DNA of 64,000 nucleotides from positions 62,001 through 126,000 of the IMG/VR virus record IMGVR_UViG_3300034117_001582; one strand, written 5' to 3'. Made by a program: the position numbers and the translations under genes. The notes under the pieces are model-generated. The model was not told where the DNA came from, ran no database searches, and was given only the letters and a program-made list of their open reading frames with translations. Shown here piece by piece: positions 31,001-41,600 of this stretch (within the stretch, counting starts at the first letter, position 1; each line of letters opens with the position of its first letter).

Positions 31001-34000
31001 GAATTAAATAATTTTCTATTAAAATGTCCTGGATTACCTAATTTTATTACACAATCAAAATTTAAAAACTTTTTAACTGATTCTGTAAATGAACTTATTT
31101 GTTTAGTTGCTAATGCTTTACCGTCAACGTTTTGATTAACAAAATCTATTCCTGTTTTACTCACAACAAATAATGATTTAATCTGACTAACAAGTGACTT
31201 CTCTTCTAAATTATGTAAACCTCCCGTTTGGTTATACGTTGGTGATATAATCTCATCGGTTAATGATATGTCTTTAGCCTTTGGGTTATAATTACAAAAC
31301 CCTAAAAACTTTTCTTCAAATTTATCTAACATTTCAACAGTAAAAATATTGAAAATCTCATCTATGTTTGAATAGAATGATTGTGTTGACCCTATATCAA
31401 AAGGATATTGTTCCTCAGACTCGGTGTCTATGTTTTTTACATATTGTGTTGGTGATGGTTTTTTAATTAAACTATTATCAAAATATCCAAAATGAGATGT
31501 ACCCCATAAAGACCTAACCGAACCATTATAAAGTGATTTGTTATTTAAAAGTTCCGTCTTTAAGTTATCAGTATCGTTAACACATTCAAATATTGATTGG
31601 TCTATTGGTATACCACCCATAGAAGGGTAAAGTAAAATAGACGTATTACCTTGATTAACTGAAGTTGCTGCACTGAATTCTCTATATTGATAATAGTTTT
31701 GTTTTATTAACGACCGATTAAGATTTGCAGTATCGAAACCAAAATTTAAAACCTTTGTCGATTGTCCATTAACCCCAATTCTTAATTTATTTTTTGTGTA
31801 TGCAGTTAAAAAATCAGAAGTGGTATACCCTGTAAACAAATCTTTACCAATTACAAAATTATTTACCGCGTTTATAACTTTAGGGTAAAACCCAACATTA
31901 ATAGTGTCTTTTGATTGTATTGAAGGTATTGGAAATACTTCTGTATTTTGTAGCCTTATGTTTTGTGAACCCCCTGTATAGTTAGGAATTGTATATTGTG
32001 TTGTAATTGCAGATGTTACAGGGTCATAAGAACCAGCATAGTCAAAATCTTTCCAAACACTATCTAATATATCTACCCCCGTTTCTATATATTTTTTATA
32101 TCGGTGCCAAATTGACCCATACTTTAAAACCCAAGCATACGGGACTTGGTGTATTGCTGAATATTTTTTAAATGTTGCCGCCAAATAATCTAAATCCGTA
32201 ATTGTCCCATCATTATTAATATTTTTTAATCTTTCTTTGGTGGTAATCAATGGCATGGAATTAAGATACAAATACCCTAATGGTACAAATGCATTTTTAT
32301 CTTTTGTCTTATTTAATTCAACCCCATTAATTATTGAATTAATAAAATAAGGAGTATTTAATAATGATGTTGTTTGGTATTGAGTATTAACTTGACCACT
32401 ATATGAGGTACCGTAATTAATAGACGATTCGGTTATATAATAATCTTTAATCCTCCTTTTTTTATAAAAATCAAATAAAGTTTGTCTTGTTGTTACTGAA
32501 ACGGTATTACTTTGATTAGTAATATATGGTTGTACATTATTTTTAAAAGAAAAATCATCTGTAAATAATTTGATATTCTTGTACGTTTCGGTTTCATTAA
32601 TTCTAGCAATGGTTTTTTTATCTTGTAAATAAACAAAAGTTTTAGTTGTATCATTAAATTCATCAAAAGAATTTAAAGTAAACCCATCAGACACATTTTC
32701 TTTTAACCAAGAAACATTTGTAAATGGGTAGGTATCTAATGTGTTTATTTTTGAACTATCAGTACTTTTTAGATAATCAGTTAAATTAGTGACTAATGGT
32801 TGGTCTGAAGAAACTTTTATTGATCTTGAACTTAAAGTATCAATACTATATATCTCATCTTGTACCTTTAACATATTTTCAATATACTCAGTTTTAAATA
32901 AACTTCTTAGATATGTTTGCCAACTATCACCTTGTCCGTTACTAGATATTTTTTTCATATAATCTAACAAAGTGGTTAGATTAAGTTTTAACTCTTTTAA
33001 AGTCTTATTTAATGAAATATCATCAGGAGCAATTAAACTTAAATTTTTACTTTCAATATCACCATAGAATTTATCTATTTGTTTTGGAGAAACTATCGTT
33101 GGGTCTAATTTACTGTAGTGAGCGATTATATATGCCCTCTCATAAATTTCATATAGTGTTTTTATTGCGTCTAAATCTTGATATGGTAATGTTTTAAATG
33201 GAAACTCCAAAGCATTTGCAGAAACAAACTTAGTAGTGTCTAATGGGTTTTCGTATAAATTACCTTCTTCTGGTTTTGCCTTTTCTACCACACCTTTTAA
33301 ATATGCCTCCACAAACCCTATTTCAGGCCATATTCTATAATCATACGCTCTAGTTTGATTTATAACTTTTGAGTCTCCAGGATATTGTATTGTGTATAAT
33401 TCCCTCCCATCTTTTTGTTTTTCTAATGTGAAATATAATGGCCAAGGATAAATTACATTATCTTTATTTAAGTCACCACTAGATGTTTGTAACGCCTTAA
33501 GCGCATCAGGCGAAAACGCCTTTTCAGGTGGTATAACCGACATAAGCCTAGCAACATCATCTCTAACATTCCAAGCATCTTGATGTACGTCATCCATTAA
33601 CCTATAAAATGTATCGGCGCCTGCCATAATAACCGCAAATACATTTCTTATTGTTGGTACAAATCCTAAATTTCCCGAAGCCGCTTTAGATAATAATCCC
33701 CCTAATTCTTTTTCAATTATTTCTTCATTTGTGTTTAAAGTTTTTTCCATTTGGTCCAACTTAAACAAGTAACTATTTTTTAAGTAAACACCATTGTTAA
33801 CCAATTGGTCACCAAAAACAAAATAATCCGGAATTTCTGATACCAAAACATTATTTACTAAAACTCTTTTTAGTTCATTATTTTCAGTTTCGTCTATAAC
33901 AAATTTTTGATAGTCAGCAACAATATTAGGGTCGTTTGGATTATATTGTTTACCCGTCCTAAAGTAAAAAGTATTTTGAACATTTTTTTCATTTGCAATC

Positions 34001-35334
34001 CAACTATTAAAATCTAATTTTTTAATAACCTCTTTACTGTCTTTTATTGTTACCGGTATTTGTTTTTTAGCGTCTTTTGACTTGGTTCCAAATGTCGTGT
34101 TATTTTGAAGATTTTCAACATAAGTTGCAATTCTATCTTGTGTTTTTGTTTTGTAATCTTCTTTAGATTGGTCTGAGATTTCTTTTTTAAACGGATAGTA
34201 TATTTCATTATCACCGTTTGTACTAACAACATAATAACTACTCCTATCTAAAAAATTATTTAAAGAGTTTTCGTAAACTTCTTTTTTTAATTTTGTTAAA
34301 TTTTCTCTATAATCTATAATATCATTAAGTTGTGTAAAATCACCTTTCTTATCATTTATTAATGATTCTAAAATATTTGTAACAAAATTATTTACTCGAT
34401 ATTTAAATTCATCTATTGTGATTTCATTAAAGTCTTTATCTATTAACCCCTTTCTTTTATATATTTGATAAACCTCATGTAATTTTTGTCTACCCTTATA
34501 TGTGTTTAATTGTCTAACGTTACCTGTTGTTGGGTCATTTATAGTAATCTGACTATTATACATTTTTGGAGCCGTTTGGGCATACTGTAAAGGAGTATCA
34601 AAAAGAAGGGCAGTAAATTTACCAATAAGTTTTAAACTAATATTATAGTTACCAGTATCCGCATCAAATTTAGCATTAAACGACATTAAAGATAATCTAT
34701 ATCTTATTGCCTTACCATAATAACCTTTAAGTGTTAAATAAAATAATGGGTAAGGGAAATTAAAAAATGCGGAATATAAAGAATTTTCACCTTGTTCAAA
34801 TAACGACCTACCTTGTATATCAACCATTTCAATACTAACTTCAGGAACCCCAGTTCCTTTAACATTTACCGAAATTCTTTTAATACCTAATAATTGTGTA
34901 TCTTCATAGTTAGATACACTATTTTTAAATTTAGGGTTACCATCAACACTTACTACTTGTTCTGTTTTTTGATTTAACCCTTTTTTATTTCTAGACTCTT
35001 TACCGGTTATTTGGTCTGACCAACTTGTGTCAAATTCTGTTTTACCCCCTTTTGGTTTTAAAAAATTAATCTTTAAGTCATCATCACCACCAAATACTGT
35101 AGCAATTGTGGTATTAAATACCGGTGAGTCAAAACTTTCACCAATTGCCAATTTTGTTCTTGGAATTATGAATGTTTCTAAATTTGCATAATAAACCAAA
35201 TCTTCGTGGTCAACCAATCTTGGTGCTGCACTTTTATTATCGTCAGCATACACTTCATTTGGGTTTACTAAAATTACATTATCGTAATCGGTTTCAACAA
35301 ATATTTTTTTTGAGTTTGGTATCTTACCTGCCAT
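28039..35334 (-). CDS. very large baseplate hub protein (gp27/gpD-like split domain)
   Basis: N-terminal LFYLTLKGYYG/NAKFD..GNYNISL and distal SMGNVMIQPTMYF...GPYWIYEVNH...FDTDFKG are typical of hub proteins; the gene follows tape measure, tube initiator and LysM genes. Confidence 0.6.
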   Translation of the reverse strand: MAGKIPNSKKIFVETDYDNVILVNPNEVYADDNKSAAPRLVDHEDLVYYANLETFIIPRTKLAIGESFDSPVFNTTIATVFGGDDDLKINFLKPKGGKTEFDTSWSDQITGKESRNKKGLNQKTEQVVSVDGNPKFKNSVSNYEDTQLLGIKRISVNVKGTGVPEVSIEMVDIQGRSLFEQGENSLYSAFFNFPYPLFYLTLKGYYGKAIRYRLSLMSFNAKFDADTGNYNISLKLIGKFTALLFDTPLQYAQTAPKMYNSQITINDPTTGNVRQLNTYKGRQKLHEVYQIYKRKGLIDKDFNEITIDEFKYRVNNFVTNILESLINDKKGDFTQLNDIIDYRENLTKLKKEVYENSLNNFLDRSSYYVVSTNGDNEIYYPFKKEISDQSKEDYKTKTQDRIATYVENLQNNTTFGTKSKDAKKQIPVTIKDSKEVIKKLDFNSWIANEKNVQNTFYFRTGKQYNPNDPNIVADYQKFVIDETENNELKRVLVNNVLVSEIPDYFVFGDQLVNNGVYLKNSYLFKLDQMEKTLNTNEEIIEKELGGLLSKAASGNLGFVPTIRNVFAVIMAGADTFYRLMDDVHQDAWNVRDDVARLMSVIPPEKAFSPDALKALQTSSGDLNKDNVIYPWPLYFTLEKQKDGRELYTIQYPGDSKVINQTRAYDYRIWPEIGFVEAYLKGVVEKAKPEEGNLYENPLDTTKFVSANALEFPFKTLPYQDLDAIKTLYEIYERAYIIAHYSKLDPTIVSPKQIDKFYGDIESKNLSLIAPDDISLNKTLKELKLNLTTLLDYMKKISSNGQGDSWQTYLRSLFKTEYIENMLKVQDEIYSIDTLSSRSIKVSSDQPLVTNLTDYLKSTDSSKINTLDTYPFTNVSWLKENVSDGFTLNSFDEFNDTTKTFVYLQDKKTIARINETETYKNIKLFTDDFSFKNNVQPYITNQSNTVSVTTRQTLFDFYKKRRIKDYYITESSINYGTSYSGQVNTQYQTTSLLNTPYFINSIINGVELNKTKDKNAFVPLGYLYLNSMPLITTKERLKNINNDGTITDLDYLAATFKKYSAIHQVPYAWVLKYGSIWHRYKKYIETGVDILDSVWKDFDYAGSYDPVTSAITTQYTIPNYTGGSQNIRLQNTEVFPIPSIQSKDTINVGFYPKVINAVNNFVIGKDLFTGYTTSDFLTAYTKNKLRIGVNGQSTKVLNFGFDTANLNRSLIKQNYYQYREFSAATSVNQGNTSILLYPSMGGIPIDQSIFECVNDTDNLKTELLNNKSLYNGSVRSLWGTSHFGYFDNSLIKKPSPTQYVKNIDTESEEQYPFDIGSTQSFYSNIDEIFNIFTVEMLDKFEEKFLGFCNYNPKAKDISLTDEIISPTYNQTGGLHNLEEKSLVSQIKSLFVVSKTGIDFVNQNVDGKALATKQISSFTESVKKFLNFDCVIKLGNPGHFNRKLFNSFSNLTQFVPTDKYQFSPYIKGTLPGDGTSVTLLQSVAQNKDAWDSLRKYLGYSTIPKLDFQTQVQPSFPSVPLAASIPTSTSFVNYTYIPPIPTQTFRTFQDVCTGQYFNITDPNNFSSLNYTNGDIWYLDVVDSASQDKKFCARKVSDSAITTNYNIVAEDNTYLDGNTGNLLPESFCMSFWNTNVNCSQSPLNTSLQLEFVGDSSVILPETPNQDNINYFNIVKPSGGYTVYKLTGIPVFEPLNFSSTLFYPANSNINDPNNSSLPFNGSSGLDTNYARVFEVNGNTSGNYIMTVKYAVTGVSYQTLSANISTVSGNQTTTPTPTNPNPNVTPLQNTQKSYVTDFFIDNNIAFNSANVETAYPLIRLYAEQKLKDPTFNSTKFTTFINNYLTSQYNLQNGIVSETFTNLNKILKDIQITTNTQPVTVNGDNTKLTLYNTLKGFNDKWIAGSDLKTVTLFEDFLFMDRANSDIGDTYIVDVQKVVDSLDTDKNPNMNLMQAVSNILDDNQFMFMAMPAYINFYGLQEAVKNGKAVEDPNVGNSLFGTYLEVDYTKSSPKFLCLYMGNPSEYPKPKENSFNRFGDDSFDLRVPDNPLRVSDPNRDYSKTNKVVGFSVDFGIQNQSIFKTLDLDMSEMKNTSESFKVFADIGSSVAGDKVGQQSTSMYGVYKSRSYSCGVQSMGNVMIQPTMYFVLRHVPMFYGPYWIYEVNHNVSESGFDTDFKGTRIPKYSLPNVDNLLVNVNKKILSSFKEKIKKVIPESGVTAQSPTEKLLTEDPKIITTTEVKCRDTSAYPTIPFLDISASTYTLNEIISVIDSATTNTEIRALLLGIAIISTLNTRNNLIYNVINNNLYEITTSNAPRGNLATFITEQSCVDISGIKVPIAKFPNILTATNYMISYYQVYSPMIQNLKNVNPNIDVNVSYGKALTQLALTTWKTAAAVTSSLNAQQIKDYVENDLLLNNATTYDAYVKIFKDSYEFFVQNP

Positions 35335-35641
35335 AATAAAAAATATGTGTATCTAGTGCAGATTTGTAGTCTTGCAATGCAGCAACTAGCGGAAATGGTA
35401 TAATTAATATAGTTCCGTCAGGTATATTTTGTTCTAAACCACCAAAAATCGGATTAGAAGCCAAAATTAACCAACTAAAGTATGGTGTTCCATATTTTTC
35501 ATAACTCACCTTATCAAGTCTACTTTGATTAACTCTATAGACATATCTTTGGTCTGTGGCTCTTTGTGGTAGTTTTAAAAACGGTACCACTGTAGGAGAA
35601 CCATTAATTAAAAAATCACCATATCTATTATAATAATTCAT
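35324..35641 (-). CDS. LysM-fold baseplate protein (T4 gp53 / tail X-like)
   Basis: RLDKVSYEKYG....WLILASNP......IPDGTILIIP. Confidence 0.8.
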   Translation of the reverse strand: MNYYNRYGDFLINGSPTVVPFLKLPQRATDQRYVYRVNQSRLDKVSYEKYGTPYFSWLILASNPIFGGLEQNIPDGTILIIPFPLVAALQDYKSALDTHIFYYGR

Positions 35642-38600
35642 TATGTGAATGTTTTTTTCAAATTAAATTTATCACCCGAAGAGTTAGAATCTGAATAAAT
35701 TTTCTTTAAATCCTCATCATACGGAGCGGTTGAAGTTAAAATTATTTCATAAGTCATTATTCTTTTTTTAGATGTGAAAGTTGTTTTATAAGTATTAAAG
35801 TTATTCTTAAAGTAATCGTCTTTAAATTTCTTAAAATGTTTGTCTGTTTCTGTTTTTGAATTTTTATAGTTTTTAACAAGTTCTTCATTCACGTTTTTAG
35901 ATAAAAAATCAAACCATTTCTTTTTATCCTCATCGTTAGCGTTTGGTAATCCATTATCCACACACCCTTGTACAAATTTAGTTGGGTCATCAATTATTTC
36001 TTTTCCAAATAACATAAAGAATCTATTATAACTTGGTACTCCATTAGTGTTACTATCATTAAAATAACTATCAAAAGTAAAACTATCATTATATTCTGTA
36101 TTACCAGATGGTATTATATTATTTGTTAATTCATTATAAAACTTACCAATATCATTTTTAATTTCTTCTGAGTCCGCAAGTAGTTCCTGTAGAGTATTAG
36201 TAACCGTCGCTTTGTTTGGTGGGGTAATTTGGGTTGTTCCTGATATATTATACACTATAACCTTACCTTTATTTGTTATGTATCCGTCATGAGCATTACT
36301 GACATAATTAATTTTATCTATAATGTTAATTAATTTAAGTTCTTCGTTAGATATTTGTGTTGAGTAATTGTTCAATTCCCCAATTAATAGTGGCGACTTA
36401 TTATCAATTAATGTTTGTATGTGTTTTTTAATTTTTCTTTTTTGTGGATTCGCTAAGTCTTCAAGTTCTAAACCATCTAATAAAGGACAAGTATTATCAT
36501 CAACATCTTTGTTAGCCAATTTCACTAAATTTTCAACTTTTTCTTGTGTTTTGGACGATTTACCAAATATCTTAACATTATCTGTAGTTCCGACACCAAT
36601 ATAACCATCAACATATTTTTTATCTTTTGTAAATATTTGTAAACCACCAAGTAAAAATTCATTATTAATTTTTTCAAGCGTATCTATTGTTGTTGTTAAA
36701 CTAGATTTAGTACTATCAATTAATTGTTTCATTATATCTGTATAACTAATAGTTCCAGAAACTAAATTAAGATTATTAGCGTCCAAATTAGTTGTAATGG
36801 GAACACCAATAGGAACACCACCATTTGTCGTGTTTTCCCTATTATCATCAGACTCAATTACACCAACTTCATTTTTAATAGATTCAAATAATTCAGCATC
36901 ATATTGTGACGTAACATCTTCAGTTGATTCCGCCCTTTCATCATACATTTCAGTATTTGCGTAATAATTAAACGATAACGCGTTTTGTAATGAGGCAATA
37001 GGTCCGGCTAACCCGTGTCCACCAATAAAATTAAAACCAAGTTTAACATCAGCAATCATCGGTTGTACTCCAATACCTTCAGGATTTAAATCAAATCTAC
37101 CGTCTTCATATCCAATACTTAAAGAGTCTATCACAATTTTAGTATGGAAAAAGTCTCCAACCCTTAGAACACATATAGGAGGAGCACCAAACACACTATT
37201 AGTTACATCATTATATATCAACTTAGTATTATTACCATCCATAGAAACCGTAGGGATAGTATCACCAGGTCTCATACATTGTTGTAAAAATGTTAACCTT
37301 GCATTCAAACCTTCAGGTGTGATTGAGTGGAACACAGGATGGAAGTGTTTAATTTTACTTTTTATGCCATCATATATCATTGGATTCTCTCTTTTAACCA
37401 TCTCAAAATAATTACACTCTGTGAGTAATTTTCTCGCCAACCTTTTAGTTAAGTCCGCCCTTCTTTTAGGTGCCACCTTACCGGCCGGTGGTTTTGTTAA
37501 TGAAGAACTTGGTGGATCAATATTGGTTTCGGTTTTTCCTGTTTGTGCTTGATTAACAAATGCTGGAGTTTCTGTTACAGTGTTTACAGGTTTGGTTTCT
37601 ACTCCGGAAGAGTTATTTTGTGGTGCCGGATCTATAGCACTAGTAGTACCATCATTATTTGTTGGTGATGTTTCTGTTGTGACTGTTGTTGTTGGTGTTG
37701 CGGTGTTATTATTACTGATGAAAGTTTTAATAATTCTCGCTCTACGACATGCCATAGCGTTTACCGATACAGTACCCTCATTACTATTACTTACATAATT
37801 TTTATTACAATTAATTGCAGAATATGTCTCTTCAATTAAAGGCCCACCTTCTCCAGTGGCCTTTGTAGTAATAATTAATTTTTTATTAGCACCCGTAGTA
37901 AAGTCTACAAGTTTTTTTCCATTTGGAGTTACTTGTTTAAAAATCCATTGCATAACCGAATCAATTCTCCTTTTTGATAAATTAATATTATATGCTTCAT
38001 CAGTAATCGCCGACGCAGACCCCAAAAGGTCAAAAGAAACCGTTTCTCCAGCATCTAACGCTTCTGATATTTTTTTAATGAACCTTTTTGCTTCTTCAAA
38101 CTCACTATTAATAAACGTAAAGAACTCATCTACCTTAACTATTCTTGTATCAACATATGCATCTAAATATTTAATTTTTAACTCAGAACTTCCACTTAAA
38201 ACAAAATTTGTGTAATCAACATATCCTGCGTCACCATATTTAATTATTTTATTTCTTGCCTTACCAAAATTTCTAGTACCATCACTACCACCCGTAGTTA
38301 AATATTTAGTTTTTAATTCTTTATATTTTGTTAACCAAAAATTATAGTCATTTGACGCTGTAACCCTATTGTCATTTGGGTCAGGAAAATCATTATGGAA
38401 ATAGAACCCAACCTCAGGAAATTGGTCATCAATTGGTGCTTCAGTGGTCTCAGGCGGAGTTGAGGTTACTGTTGGTGGTGTCGAACAAGGGGTTGTTGTG
38501 TTTGTTACTGTATTTGTTGCGTCCGGTGTTGTAAAGCTAGGTGTTGTCGTACTTTTAACACAAATGGTTGTTGCTGTTGACGTTAACCCAGTTAATGTAA

Positions 38601-41600
38601 CAAGAGTTCCCGAACAATCGGTGTACGATATATCTGTCGTTACCAAACCAACATTAATTTTCCATTCAGTACATGGTGCTGACTCCGTTGTGGTAATTGT
38701 TGGAGCAGTAAATGTTTCCACTTCCTGTTCAACAATGTTATTAGGTAACGTTTCTGTAAATGTTTCCACATCTTCAGGAGTATTTAAAAGTTGAACCTCA
38801 TATACGTCATTTGGGGTAAACATCGGGAATTTCTTAACTAAATCGTATAAATCATATTTAGTACATCCGGCAAAAAATGAATCAATAACTTGATTTATAG
38901 TCTCATTTGATGATTCGTTTTCTAATTCTTTATTAACTAATACATTCATAATTGATGGGTGATCAACAATTACTTTAAAACTTATATTACCTTTTCTTGA
39001 TGTATTTGAATATGTATATATTGGTTCGGGTCTACCTAAAAATGTATTATCTTTCCAACTAGTATTTATACTTTCATCAAAAGTTAAATCATAAGGTGGA
39101 AACCACATTATACGACCACCATTTGGTCCTTTTTCACAATCAGGTAAATCTTCATATGTATAACCAGGCCTGTTCGATGTTCTCCAAGAAAGATTTTCTA
39201 AAGAAAGCATATATTTTTTAACCTTACCATTTTTAATATTGGTAGAGTCGACACCACCCATTGGTGCAATATTTAAATTAAATGTACTATCTAAAACTGA
39301 ATTTGTATATTTTCTAATATTTCCGTCAGGTTTTTGTAATTCATCAAACGTGTAATAAGGTCTATCTTTTGTGAATACTCGACAATATTCAAGACCTTCG
39401 ACCGCACCACCTGGTACAGAATTTTTTGTAGTATAACGTATTACCCTTGAACCTTTTGTTAATTCTTGATACCCGTCGTTAAATACTTTAGATACTTGAT
39501 TGATTGCATTACCAACATGTTCTAATTTGTTTGGTGATTGATTACCAGCATCTACTAATTTTTGAGTAACATCTAAAATAGACCCTGGTGTAAATTCATA
39601 TTTTGTTGATTGACTTGGGTCGTATCCACTTGATATTCTATCAAAATTAAAATCAGATTCGTCAGTAAAATCAACTCCACCTCTACCTTGTAATTTACCA
39701 GGTAAGGTATAGTTTTTACTACCCTTACCCATTTTAGACACCCAAGTTAATCCACCAACAATATTAACAGATGCCCATGTACTTGTGTCTTTAGCCCCTG
39801 AACTATAAAAGTTTCGTGTATTTAAACCAAATAAGGACCCGGTTAATTGGTCACTTTCATAAAGTTTACCAACATTACCATAAGACAATACAGGACCATT
39901 ACTTGACCCACTTCCATCTTTATTTAATGGTAATTGTTCAAATGGTGAAATCGATTCTGTTATTGAATTTTTTCTATCACCAACATAGAACACCCCCTTA
40001 GGTGCCAATAAATTATTACCAATTTTATAGTTAGGTCTATAAGGGTTATATCTTATTTGGTCATATAAAAGACTTCTTGTCGCCACAGACGTATATTCAA
40101 CCAATAACTCAGAAGACGATTGATTTGCTGGTTGTAAGACACTAAATAACGCCCCCAACGCACCACCAACTAAAGATAGTGGATTTTTAAATGGACCATT
40201 ACCTTTACTATTAGGATAATCAAAATACTCACCAGGGATATACGAGTAAGGAGAATATGTTCCGGCAAGTTTAGCGGCAAAATTAATTGCTTGACCTAAA
40301 AATAAATCGGGGTTAGTTATTGAATAGTTTCTTGCAATTATTGGAATGTTCCCTGTTAGTAAACCAATAGCGTTAAACGGGTCTAAATTAGGTTTTGCTG
40401 AAACCTCACCAGTATCGGGGTTTACATTAGAATTTAGTAAATTAACCCTACCTAACGTTTGTTGTAGAAGTTCTAATGCAACCCTATGTTTAAATTCTTT
40501 TTGTAATTGTTTAGCCCCTAAAGCGGCCAATTGTGAATCTTGAGAAAGACTACCATCAGAACCATTAGGATTATCACTTAATAATATGTTTACTGGCGTA
40601 TAGGTAGAAGGAATAAAAACAAAAGTTGAATCTGAATTTGCGTATGGTAAACCTGTCGTTGTATATTGAATATCCTTAATGGTTAAAACCTCATAGTCAC
40701 CATTACCTGTTACATATTTGTTTTTAACATATGCCTCAGTTTCTTTTACACCACCCACAAACTCCAATTCATTTTGATTGGTATCGGTAACGTCGTAATT
40801 ACCTTGATTAATAGTTAAATTTTTAAGTTTTCTATATGGGTCAACTTCTTCACTACTTTGATTACCTTCAGGTCCCCAAGGATTTTGTAAAAATGTTGGT
40901 TTTCTTTCGTCAACACCAACCACTTCTAACTCACTACTAACAGTATCGGGGTACCCATATTCACCCTCATTAGATTTTGTTTGTAAATTTCTATTAATTG
41001 GTGCTTCTCCCTTAATAGGGTTATCGGGACCATACTGATTTGACGCAATTAATATTGGTCTATCTGCTTTACCTTCAAACTCTAAATCACTACCGATAGT
41101 ATCAGAGTAATCGTAGTTTCCTGAACCAATAATAAGATTTTTTTGTATTCTGTAAGGTTCAACCTCAAAAACACTTTGTCCACCTTCAGGACGATACTGA
41201 TTATTAGTAAATAATGTTGGCCTAATACTAACACCTTTAAGTTCTAATTCATCACCAATAGTATCACCATAATCGTATTCACCTTGATTTGAACCAAGTA
41301 TTAAATCATTATTAATACTATATTTTGTATCACCATATTGATTTGAATTTTCTGGTGAATATTTGTTTTTTGTTATTAATACCGCTTCTTGAGTATTACC
41401 AACTTGTTCTAACTCACTATTATCCGTATAAGTAATACCATATCCAAAAATTTGACGGAAACTTGATGGTAAAGTTAAAACATCATTGATTTCATATTTT
41501 GTATCACCAAATCCACCAAAAGTACCACTACTTGGTTTGTATTTGTTTAATACTTTGTGTTCGACCTCACTATTATTACCTATTTGAAATAAATTACTAT

